Position numbers and translations under genes: made by a program. Positions 18,489 through 26,589 of a stretch of DNA of 51,861 bases are shown here, in pieces (position 1 is the first letter of the stretch; every line of letters starts with the position of its first letter). The notes under the pieces were generated by a model. It ran no database searches. It was given only the letters and a program-made list of their open reading frames with translations, and was not told where the DNA came from. Source of the DNA: Candidatus Limnocylindria bacterium (GTDB taxonomy: Bacteria > Chloroflexota > Limnocylindria > P2-11E); NCBI GenBank assembly GCA_036518215.1, contig DATDNP010000083.1, forward strand, positions 1 through 51,861, written 5' to 3'.

Positions 18489-19732
18489 TGCGAGCGGGAT
18501 CGCTCTGGTCGCATCCGGAGTTCCTCAAGCTCTGGGGCGCGTACACGGTGTCGCGGCTCGGCAGCCAGATCACGCTCCTCGCGCTGCCGCTCACCGCGGT
18601 CCTTCTCCTCGGCGCGGGAGCGACGGAGACGGGACTCCTCGTCGCGGCGCGCAGCGCCTCGTCGATCCTGCCGGGTCCGTTCCTCGGCGCGTGGGTCGAC
18701 CGCCGCTCGCGGAAGCCGATCCTCGTCGGCGCGAACGTCGCGAGCGCGATCGTCATCGGCTCCGTGCCCGTCGCGGCGATGCTCGGCGTCCTCACGATCG
18801 GCCAGCTCTACGTGGTCGCGTATCTCGCCGGTGTGCTGAGCACGGCGGGCGAGCTCGCGCGCTCCGCGATCATGCCCGGGCTCATCGGGCGGGAACGTCT
18901 CGTCGCCGCGAACAGCAGCATGCAGGCCTCGGGAGCGTTCACGCAGATCGCCGGGCCGTCGCTCGGCGGCGCGCTCGTGCAGGCACTCTCGGCGCCGATC
19001 GCCATGGCGTTCGACGCGGCGAGCTTCGTCGTCTCGGCGGCCGCGCTCGCGGTCCTCCGGGTCCGTGAGGTGATCGCGCCGCGCGAAGAGGGCCGCCGCA
19101 TCTGGCACGACGCGGTGGAGGGCTTCGCGTTCGTGCGCGGCCAGGACGTGCTCTTCCGTTCGATCGTCGCCATAGGCCTCGCGAACATCGAGTGGTTCGC
19201 GGTGCTCGCGCTCCTCGTCGTCTACGCGACCGACGAGCTGCATATGCCGCCCGCGCTCCTCGGTGTCGCCATCGCCGCGGTGGGGCCCGCGACGCTCGTC
19301 GGTGCGGCCGTCGCCGGACCCCTGATCCGCGCGCTCGGGCTCGGGCGGGTGATGATCGTCGCGCTCACGTTCGAAGCGGTGAGCCGCCTCATCCTCCCGT
19401 TCGCCTCAGGAGGCGAGGTGCAGGTCGCGGTCGTCGTCGGAGTGACGCAGGCGCTCGTCGGTTTCACCGAAGCGCTCTGGTTCATCTCGTCGCGGACGCT
19501 CCAGCAGGCGGTGACGCCCGATCACCTGCAGGGACGGGTCGGGGCGGCGGTGTACTTCGTCGCGTTCGTCGTCGCACCGCCCGCGGCCCTTGGAGCTGGC
19601 ATCCTCGGCGACGCGATCGGACTCCGGCCGACGCTCTTCCTCGCCGGCGTGATCGCGGTCGTCGCGCTCGGGTACCTCGTGTCGTCCGCGGGTGTGCGCG
19701 GTCTTCGCTCGGCTCCGGCGGCGTCGAGCTAG
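18488..19732 (+). CDS. MFS transporter (MFS_3-like)
   Basis: TGATG overlap. FLKLWGAYTVSRLGSQIT, motif A-like GAWVDRRSRK, QQAVTPDHLQGRV and about 12 hydrophobic segments. Confidence 0.9.
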   Translation: MRAGSLWSHPEFLKLWGAYTVSRLGSQITLLALPLTAVLLLGAGATETGLLVAARSASSILPGPFLGAWVDRRSRKPILVGANVASAIVIGSVPVAAMLGVLTIGQLYVVAYLAGVLSTAGELARSAIMPGLIGRERLVAANSSMQASGAFTQIAGPSLGGALVQALSAPIAMAFDAASFVVSAAALAVLRVREVIAPREEGRRIWHDAVEGFAFVRGQDVLFRSIVAIGLANIEWFAVLALLVVYATDELHMPPALLGVAIAAVGPATLVGAAVAGPLIRALGLGRVMIVALTFEAVSRLILPFASGGEVQVAVVVGVTQALVGFTEALWFISSRTLQQAVTPDHLQGRVGAAVYFVAFVVAPPAALGAGILGDAIGLRPTLFLAGVIAVVALGYLVSSAGVRGLRSAPAASS

Positions 19733-20625
19733 GCGGCGAGCGAGGCCGCCAGCTCGGCGGCGATCCGCGCGTTCTGGCGGAGGAGCGCGACGTTCGCGCG
19801 CAGGCTCCTCCCGCTCGTCGCGTCGCCGAGGGCGCCGAGCAGGAACGGGGTGAGGGCGGCGCCGCGGACGCCGGAACGTTCGGCGGCCTCGACGGCGCGA
19901 GCGACCTCGGCCTCGGCCGCGCCGCGCTCGAGCGCATCCGACGACGCGATCGGGACCGCGATGACGAGGCCCGCGCCGCGCGCGAGCTGCTCACGCGCGA
20001 TCCGCGCGGCGCTCGCGGCATCGTCGACGCGATGCGGAAGACGCAGCCCGCTGGCGCGCACGTAGAACGCGGGGAATTCGTCGGTCGCGTAGCCGATCAC
20101 CGGGACGCCGAGCGTCTCGAGGCGCTCGAGCGTGAGCGCGAGGTCGAGCACGAGCTTCGCGCCGGCGCAGACGACGCACACCGGATGTCGCGCGATCGCC
20201 TCGAGATCGGCGGATTCGTCGAAGGACCGCTCCGCGCCGCGATGGACGCCGCCGATCCCGCCCGTCGCCATCACGGAGATCCCGGCGCGCGCCGCGATCT
20301 CGACCGTGGCGGCCACCGTCGTCGCGCCGAGCGTGCGCCGCGCGAGCACCGGCGCGATATCGCGCAGGCTCACCTTCGCGACGCCATCCTCGTTCGCGAG
20401 GCGCGCGAGGAGCGCGTCATCGACGGCCACGACGGCGCGTCCGTCGGCGAGCGCGATCGTCGCGGGCATCGCCCGCGCCGCGCGGACGTCCGCCTCGAGC
20501 GCGCGTGCCGTCTCGAGGTTCATCGGACGCGGTAGTCCGTGCGCGATCACCGTTGACTCGAGCGCGACGACGGGCGCGCGCGCCGCGATGGCGGCTGCGA
20601 CGTCAGGGCGGATCGCCAGGTTCAC
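19729..20625 (-). CDS. psuG: Pseudouridine-5'-phosphate glycosidase
   Basis: VALESTVIAHGLP, KVSLRD, ATTVAAT, ATGGIGGVHRG, DESADL, GAKLVLD and LTPFLL. Confidence 0.95.
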   Translation of the reverse strand: MNLAIRPDVAAAIAARAPVVALESTVIAHGLPRPMNLETARALEADVRAARAMPATIALADGRAVVAVDDALLARLANEDGVAKVSLRDIAPVLARRTLGATTVAATVEIAARAGISVMATGGIGGVHRGAERSFDESADLEAIARHPVCVVCAGAKLVLDLALTLERLETLGVPVIGYATDEFPAFYVRASGLRLPHRVDDAASAARIAREQLARGAGLVIAVPIASSDALERGAAEAEVARAVEAAERSGVRGAALTPFLLGALGDATSGRSLRANVALLRQNARIAAELAASLAA

Positions 20626-21122
20626 GTCCTGCGGTGGCCCGTCTCGCCGCTCTCGCCGGCGAGGAGCTCGACGGCGTGGGGGAGCACCGGCAGCAGCACC
20701 TCGAGCGATTCGCGCACCGCGCGCGGCGAGCCCGGCAGATTCACGACGAGCGTCGCGCCGACGGCGCCGGCGACGCCGCGCGACAGCATTCCGTGGGGGG
20801 TCTTGTCGAGCGAGCGCGCGCGCAGCGCCTCGGCGATGCCCGGTATCTCCCGGTCGATGACGCGGCGCGTCGCCTCGGGCGTGACGTCGTTGGGTGAGAG
20901 TCCCGTCCCGCCGCTCGTGAGCACGACGTTCGCGCCGCTCCGCACGCCGTCGAGGATCGCGTTCGCGACGGCGGCGACCTCGTCGCTCACGAGCGCGGTC
21001 ACGAGCACCTCGTGCCCTGCGGCCGTGAGGGCGTCTCGCATCGCCGGTCCGCTCTCGTCGACCCGCTGCCCGGCCGCGCCCTTGGTGCTCACGGTGATGA
21101 CCGCCGCACGCACGGCGGTCAT
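20622..21122 (-). CDS. mog: Molybdopterin adenylyltransferase, MogA/MoaB family
   Basis: [33 protein letters not shown] and NLPGSP. Confidence 0.92.
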   Translation of the reverse strand: MTAVRAAVITVSTKGAAGQRVDESGPAMRDALTAAGHEVLVTALVSDEVAAVANAILDGVRSGANVVLTSGGTGLSPNDVTPEATRRVIDREIPGIAEALRARSLDKTPHGMLSRGVAGAVGATLVVNLPGSPRAVRESLEVLLPVLPHAVELLAGESGETGHRRT

Positions 21123-21595
21123 TCCGCGCGGTACTCCCCGCTCCGCCCGCCGCTCTTCGCGACGAGACGGACGTCCGTGAGGCGCGCGCCGCGCTCGACC
21201 GCCTTCAGCATGTCGTACAGCGTGAGCCCCGCGACCGTCACCGCGGTGAGCGCCTCCATCTCGACGCCCGTCGGCGCCGTCGTGCCGACGGTCGCCTCGA
21301 TCGCGATGCCGTCGCGCTCGAGCACGAGGTCGACCGACGCGTGCGAGATCGGGAGCGGATGGCAGAGCGGGATGAGATCGGGCGTGCGCTTCGCCGCCAT
21401 GATCCCCGCGATGCGCGCCGCGGCGAGCACGTCGCCCTTCGGAGCTTCGCCGGTGCGCACGAGCTCGAGCGTCGCGTGCGACACGAGCAGCTTTCCGCGG
21501 GCCGTCGCGCGTCGATCCGTCGGCGGTTTCGCGCTCACGTCCACCATGCGCGCGGCGCCCTTGCTGTCGACGTGGGTGAGCTTCTTCGTGGCCAC
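21119..21595 (-). CDS. moaC: Cyclic pyranopterin monophosphate synthase
   Basis: [50 protein letters not shown] and KSGGRSG. Confidence 0.97.
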   Translation of the reverse strand: MATKKLTHVDSKGAARMVDVSAKPPTDRRATARGKLLVSHATLELVRTGEAPKGDVLAAARIAGIMAAKRTPDLIPLCHPLPISHASVDLVLERDGIAIEATVGTTAPTGVEMEALTAVTVAGLTLYDMLKAVERGARLTDVRLVAKSGGRSGEYRAE

Positions 21596-21597
21596 CT

Positions 21598-21735
21598 CTA
21601 ATGGTCCTGCTCGATCTCGTGCTTCGCACGAGACGCGCTCATGGCTGGTGGTGTCCGCTCCTCGCGGTCACGCTCGCTGCGCTCACTGACAGGGGCCCCT
21701 CCCCCTGACCGCTCGTCGCTCACGTCAATGGTCCT
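21598..21735 (-). repeat. Short palindromic insertion-like element between moeA and moaC, flanked by 9-bp direct repeats and carrying a 41-aa ORF
   Basis: AATGGTCCT at 21600-21608 and 21727-21735. Hairpins at 21615-21633 and 21690-21707. ORF runs from GTG 21723 to TAG 21598. Confidence 0.7.
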
Positions 21736-22975
21736 CGGGGAGATCCGTGAGGATCACGTCGACGGTCGTGCCGGGCTCGCCCGCGGCGAGCGGCTCCGGA
21801 AGCTCGATGAGGCAGTTCGCGAGCGACATCGAGCGCAGGATCCCCGATCCCTGAGGACCGGTCGACCGGACGGTCGCGCTCTCGCGGTCGTAGATGCCAC
21901 GCGCGAACATGCGCAGTCCGACGGGCTTCTCGATGCGGTCCTGCAGTGTCGCCTTCGCGACCGGGCGATGCAGCTTCTCGCGCCCGGACAGCTTGAGGAG
22001 GGCCGGTCGCACGAACAGCTCGAACGTGAGGAGTGCCGACACCGGATTGCCCGGCAGGCCGAAGATCGGCACCGTGCCGCGCTTCGTCCGGAGCTCGCCG
22101 AACGCCAGCGGCCGTCCCGGCCGGATCGCGATCGACCAGAAGTCCATCGAGCCCATCGCCTCGACGACCGGCTTCATGTGGTCGTGGTCGCCGACGGACA
22201 CGCCGCCGCTCGTGATGACGATGTCGCCGAATGCGGCGTTGCCGAGAGCGTGCCGGAGGTCGCTCGCCTCGTCGCGCGCGATACCGAGCTCGAACGGCGC
22301 ACAGCCGGTCGCGCGTACCGCGGCCGAGATCGAGTAGCGGTTCGCGTCGCGGATGCGGCCGGGTCCCGGCGTCTCGGTGATCTCGACGAGCTCGTCGCCG
22401 GTCGAGAGCACGGCGACGTTCGGACGCCGTACGACCCTCACCTGCGCACGGCCGATCGACGCGAGCACGCCGAGCTCGGGCGCACGCAGCACGGCGCCGC
22501 GCCGGATGACCGTCTCGCCCTCGCGCAGGTCCTCGCCGGCCTGGCGCACCGAGAGGCCCGTGGGCGTCGCGCGCTCGATCGACACGGTCTCGCCGCCGTT
22601 GTCGGTGTCCTCGACGCGCACGACCGTGTCGGCGCCGTCGGGCATCGGCGCTCCGGTCATGATGCGCATCGCCTGGCCCGGTCCGACGCGGCCCTCGGGC
22701 ATCTGGCCCGCCGCGATCGCGCCGACGACGGTGAGGCGGACGCCATCGCGCTGCACGTCCTCACCGCGGACGGCGTAGCCGTCCATCGCGGAATTGCGGA
22801 ACGGCGGGACGTCCCGGTCGGCGCGCGCGTCCTCCGCGAGCACCATGCCGAGCGCGTCCGAGAGCGCGACCTCGGTCTCCTCGAGCGGCGCGATACGCGA
22901 CAGGATGCGCTGGAGCGCCTCGTCGACGGAGAGCGATCGTGTGGCGGCGCGCGCCGCGCTCGGGCTCGTGGGCAT
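21725..22975 (-). CDS. moeA: Molybdopterin molybdotransferase
   Basis: PFRNSAMDGYAV, IMTGAPMPDGADTVV, STGDEL, DANRY, TSGGVSVGD, PGRP and GLPGNPVSA. Confidence 0.97.
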   Translation of the reverse strand: MPTSPSAARAATRSLSVDEALQRILSRIAPLEETEVALSDALGMVLAEDARADRDVPPFRNSAMDGYAVRGEDVQRDGVRLTVVGAIAAGQMPEGRVGPGQAMRIMTGAPMPDGADTVVRVEDTDNGGETVSIERATPTGLSVRQAGEDLREGETVIRRGAVLRAPELGVLASIGRAQVRVVRRPNVAVLSTGDELVEITETPGPGRIRDANRYSISAAVRATGCAPFELGIARDEASDLRHALGNAAFGDIVITSGGVSVGDHDHMKPVVEAMGSMDFWSIAIRPGRPLAFGELRTKRGTVPIFGLPGNPVSALLTFELFVRPALLKLSGREKLHRPVAKATLQDRIEKPVGLRMFARGIYDRESATVRSTGPQGSGILRSMSLANCLIELPEPLAAGEPGTTVDVILTDLPEDH

Positions 22976-22985
22976 CGAGCGAAGT

Positions 22986-24071
22986 CTAGTTTCCGGTGCT
23001 CTTTGGCTGGTGCGGCAGCAGGTGCGGTCCCGTGGCCTTGAAGGACGCGATGACGGATGCGCCTTCGTCGAGCCCGAGCTCCCGCGCCGACTGTCGCGTG
23101 ACGTGTGCGACGAGCGGGAAACCGCAGTCGAGCGTGAGGCGGACGCGGCGGCCGATCGTCTCGACCCGCGTGATGCGCGCGTCGAACGCGTTGCGCTCGC
23201 TCGAGCTGCCGCGCGCGCGCGCGATCACCACGTCGTCGGGCGTGATGAGGAGGAGCACCGCCGTCGCTCCGTCGGGGGGCTGCTCGGTCACGGACACGAG
23301 CGCGCTCCCGACTCGCAGGAGCGTCATCTCGTCCGTGGAGCGCTCGACGGTCGCCGGCAGCACGTTCTCGACCCCGACGAACGCCGCCACGTTCTCGTCC
23401 ACCGGACGGCTGAAGACGTCGTCCGCCGAACCCTGCTGGCGCACGCGTCCGCCCATGAGCACCGCGACACGGTCCGCGAGCGCGAGCGCCTCGTCGCGGT
23501 CGTGCGTGACGAGGATCGTCGCGACGCCCGAGTCGCGGAGCACGCGCCCGATGTCGGTGACGAGCGCGCGCCGCGTCGGCGTGTCGAGACCGTTGAACGG
23601 CTCGTCGAGGAAGAGGATCTCGGGTGACAGCGCGAGGGCGCGCGCGATGGCGACGCGCTGCGCTTCGCCGCCGGAGAGTCTCGTCGCACGTCGGTCGGCG
23701 AGCTTCTCGACACCGAGCCGCTCGAGCGCCGAGAGTGCGGCGCGGTCCGACTCGTCCCGAGACACACCGCGGAGCGTGAGGCCGAGCGCGGCGTTGTCGC
23801 GCACGCTGCGATCGAGGAGGAGCGGTCGCTGGAACACGACGCCGATGCGGCGACGGAACGCGAGCGGGTCCGCGATCTCCGCACCGTCCGCGCGCAGCGT
23901 GCCGCGCGCGGGGATGAGCGTGGCGAGCGCGAGCAGGAGCGTCGTCTTCCCGGCGCCGTTCGGTCCGAGCACGACCAGGATCTCGCGCTCGGCGAGCTGG
24001 AGCTCGTCGACGCGGACGACCTCGCGGCCATCGCGCTCGACGACGAGGTCGCGCGCCTCGAGCGCGGTCAT
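22986..24071 (-). CDS. ABC ATPase with C-terminal TOBE domain (TupC/ModC/WtpC-like)
   Basis: GPNGAGKT, LSGGEAQRVAIARAL, LFLDEPF and VTHD, then a TOBE-like LVAHVTRQSARELGL...ASFKAT. Confidence 0.9.
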   Translation of the reverse strand: MTALEARDLVVERDGREVVRVDELQLAEREILVVLGPNGAGKTTLLLALATLIPARGTLRADGAEIADPLAFRRRIGVVFQRPLLLDRSVRDNAALGLTLRGVSRDESDRAALSALERLGVEKLADRRATRLSGGEAQRVAIARALALSPEILFLDEPFNGLDTPTRRALVTDIGRVLRDSGVATILVTHDRDEALALADRVAVLMGGRVRQQGSADDVFSRPVDENVAAFVGVENVLPATVERSTDEMTLLRVGSALVSVTEQPPDGATAVLLLITPDDVVIARARGSSSERNAFDARITRVETIGRRVRLTLDCGFPLVAHVTRQSARELGLDEGASVIASFKATGPHLLPHQPKSTGN

Positions 24072-24763
24072 GCCGTCCGGCGCTGCTGCGCCCAGGTCGT
24101 GAGCCCGTTCACCGCGAACACCACGATGAGGAGGACGATGGCGAGCGCGATGGCGCCGCCGAAGTTGCCTGCGCCCGTGTCGAGAACGATGAGGGTCGTG
24201 AGGATGCGCGTGTCGCCCTTCAGGTTGCATCCGGTCATGAGCGATGCGCCGATCTCGCTGATGACGGCGCCGAACGCGGCCATCGCGGCGCTGAGGAGCA
24301 GGAGGCGCGTCTCGCGCACGAGGATGACGAGGCTCTGGAGCGCCGTCGCGCCGAGCGCGGTGAGCTGGAGACGCAGCATCGGATCGACGGACTGCATCGC
24401 GATCGCGGTGAGGCCGATCACCTCGGGCGCGGCGAGGAGGTACTGCGCCGCGACCATCGCGGGTCGCGTGCAGTACAGGCCGGCGCCGCCGAGCGGGCCG
24501 CTTCGGTAGACGAGCAGCGCCACGACGAGGCCGACGACGACCGGAGGGAGCCCCATCCCCGTGTTGACGAGCGAGAGGACGAGCGTGCGCCCGCGGAAGC
24601 GCGTGAGCCCGAGCATCGCGCCGAGCGGGATGCCGCTCGCGAGCGCGAGGAGGGTCGCGCTGCCGCTCACGACGAGCGAGGTCGCCGCCGCCTCCCGCAG
24701 CTCCGGGTCGAGCGTGACGAGCCGGCGGATCGCCTCGCCGAGGCCGTCGACGATGAGCTCCAT
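24068..24763 (-). CDS. tupB: Tungstate ABC transporter permease, TupB-like
   Basis: SLVVSGSATLLA, FRGR.LV, NTGMGLPPVVVGL, RSGPLG, FGAVISEIGAS and TRILTTLIVL. Confidence 0.85.
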   Translation of the reverse strand: MELIVDGLGEAIRRLVTLDPELREAAATSLVVSGSATLLALASGIPLGAMLGLTRFRGRTLVLSLVNTGMGLPPVVVGLVVALLVYRSGPLGGAGLYCTRPAMVAAQYLLAAPEVIGLTAIAMQSVDPMLRLQLTALGATALQSLVILVRETRLLLLSAAMAAFGAVISEIGASLMTGCNLKGDTRILTTLIVLDTGAGNFGGAIALAIVLLIVVFAVNGLTTWAQQRRTA

Positions 24764-24785
24764 CGCGTGCGAATGTACCCGCGAG

Positions 24786-25463
24786 ATGTTCCAACTTGCT
24801 TCCGCCTCGCCGCGGCGCATCGAGCTGCTCCGGCGGCTCGGCGTCGACGTGACGGTCGTGCCCGCGGCCGTCGACGAGGAGCGCTACGCGTCTCCGGCGA
24901 GCGCCAAGGCCGACTCGGTCGCGCGCGACGGCGTCGTGACGCTCGCGGTGGATACCGAGGTCGAGCTCGACGGGGTGCGCCTCGGGAAGCCGCGCGACCA
25001 CGAGCACGCGCTCGAGCTGCTGCGACGCCTCGCCGGTCGCGAGCACGAGGTCCGCAGCGAGGTCGTCGTCGTGTCGGCGGCGGGTACGCGGCTGCGCTTC
25101 GGCGTCCGCACGCGCGTACGCGTGACGAGCGACGACTCGCAGCTCGTCGCGTACGCGGCGACGGACGAGCCGCTCGACAAGGCGGGCGCGTACGCGATCC
25201 AGGGTGACGGACGGAGGATCGTGGAGGGGTTCGAGGGCTGCTTCGCGAACGTCACCGGGCTCCCGCTCTGCCACGTGTACTTCGCGCTACGGCGCAGCGG
25301 CGTCGCGTCACGCGAGCGCCCCGAGGTCGCGTGCCAGTCGCACTTCGCGTTCAGGTGCCCGGTGTGGCAGCTCGCGCAGCGACAGGGCCGAACGCTGAGC
25401 GCCGGCCGTGAATACGCCTCGTGGTCGGACGATCTCAGCGGGGACCTCGGTGTCCGACGATGA
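24786..25463 (+). CDS. maf: Maf-family nucleoside triphosphate pyrophosphatase
   Basis: LASASPRRIELL, VDTEV, LGKP, EPLDKAGAYAIQG and NVTGLPL. Confidence 0.93.
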   Translation: MFQLASASPRRIELLRRLGVDVTVVPAAVDEERYASPASAKADSVARDGVVTLAVDTEVELDGVRLGKPRDHEHALELLRRLAGREHEVRSEVVVVSAAGTRLRFGVRTRVRVTSDDSQLVAYAATDEPLDKAGAYAIQGDGRRIVEGFEGCFANVTGLPLCHVYFALRRSGVASRERPEVACQSHFAFRCPVWQLAQRQGRTLSAGREYASWSDDLSGDLGVRR

Positions 25464-25517
25464 CGACGACTATGAATCAAGCGCTCGCCTGCATACAGTT
25501 GTCGCGGAGGTGATCCC

Positions 25518-25670
25518 ATGACAGGGAAGGCACGCCGCACGACGCATCGCTCGAGCACCGGCACCAAGCTGTACGCGGTCCGCGACGCGAAGGGCCGATT
25601 CAAGGACATCCAGACGTACAAGCGGGCGCAGTCCGCGGACATGCGGCGAAAGAGCAAGGCCGAGAAGTGA
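25518..25670 (+). CDS. 50-aa basic small protein of unknown function (missed by the ORF track)
   Basis: Strong SD GGAGGTGA, ATG 25518, TGA 25668-25670. Sequence MTGKARRTTHRSSTGTKLYAVRDAKGRFKDIQTYKRAQSADMRRKSKAEK, with codon usage matching the genome. Confidence 0.85.
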   Translation: MTGKARRTTHRSSTGTKLYAVRDAKGRFKDIQTYKRAQSADMRRKSKAEK

Positions 25671-25689
25671 GCTGAGGGGTGCTTGGGGT

Positions 25690-26532
25690 CTAGGCCGCGC
25701 GCTCGCTCGCGGCTTCCCGCTCGAGGGCGCCCTGCGCCAAGCGGAGGATCTCGCCACTCGTCGCGATACCGGCCGACCACGTCGCACCGCCGACACGCAC
25801 TCGGTAGCGCGCCCCCTTGAACGCGCGCACGCTCGCGGTCATCGTCCGAAGCACCTCGTCCATCCGAGCTCGGAGGAGCGACGTGAGCAGCAACGCGCGA
25901 TCGCTCTCGCCGACGAGTGGCGCGATGATCGCGATGCCCGCATCACCATACCGATACGCGCTCGTGTCGCCGCCGAAGATGGTCGCGGCGCCGCCGATCG
26001 TCGCGCGGATGAGGCGGTGGACGATCGCGCGCCGGGTCGCCTCGGTCGCGGCCTCGACGTCGGCCATGCCGAGCGCGAGGACGAACGGGCGTCCGCCGTC
26101 GCGGGCCGCCGCGACGCGCTCGCGCAGCGCGCCGAGGAGCACGCGGTCGAGGTACATCTCGGCGACGAGCGCCGCGCGATACGTCACCGGTGCGGCCTCG
26201 GCGACGGCCGGCTCGGGCCTCGGCGCGGAGTCCACGTCGCCGGCGAGCCGGGCCGCGGAGGGTATGACGCGCTGCCAGCGCTCGCGCTCGGCGATGCGCT
26301 CGGAGGCACCGAGCGCGGTGAGCGCGACGGCACCGTCCCGCGCCGGGACGACGTAGCCGCCTTCGAGCAGCGCCTGGAGCGCGCGGCTGAATCCGCCGGT
26401 CGCGAGCGGCAGCTCTTCCGCCGCGATCTTCGCGAGCAGTGCCCCCGGTCGCGCGGGCGCGGCCGAGAGCGCTTCGAGGAGATAGAGGCGGAAGAATGCC
26501 GTCGCAAGACCGGTCGCCGCCGCGCGCACCAC
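25690..26532 (-). CDS. PadR-like winged HTH fused to a degenerate GGDEF-like domain
   Basis: N-terminus FRLYLLEALSAAPA...ALQALLEGGYV...ALTALG...ERERW is PadR-like. C-terminus AYRYGDAGIAII...RVRVGGA...EILRLAQGAL fits the GGDEF fold pattern. GGAGG precedes GTG 26532. Confidence 0.6.
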   Translation of the reverse strand: MVRAAATGLATAFFRLYLLEALSAAPARPGALLAKIAAEELPLATGGFSRALQALLEGGYVVPARDGAVALTALGASERIAERERWQRVIPSAARLAGDVDSAPRPEPAVAEAAPVTYRAALVAEMYLDRVLLGALRERVAAARDGGRPFVLALGMADVEAATEATRRAIVHRLIRATIGGAATIFGGDTSAYRYGDAGIAIIAPLVGESDRALLLTSLLRARMDEVLRTMTASVRAFKGARYRVRVGGATWSAGIATSGEILRLAQGALEREAASERAA

Positions 26533-26589
26533 AGCTCGCCTCCGTGGTCGGACTCCCTTCATGTGTTCGGCCTCGGCTTGCGACGGCCG

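Noticed and set aside
21655-21689. Cloning-vector contamination because of the pUC-like motif
   Set aside because: Only two short blocks match, the spacer differs, and the segment is embedded in native operon context.
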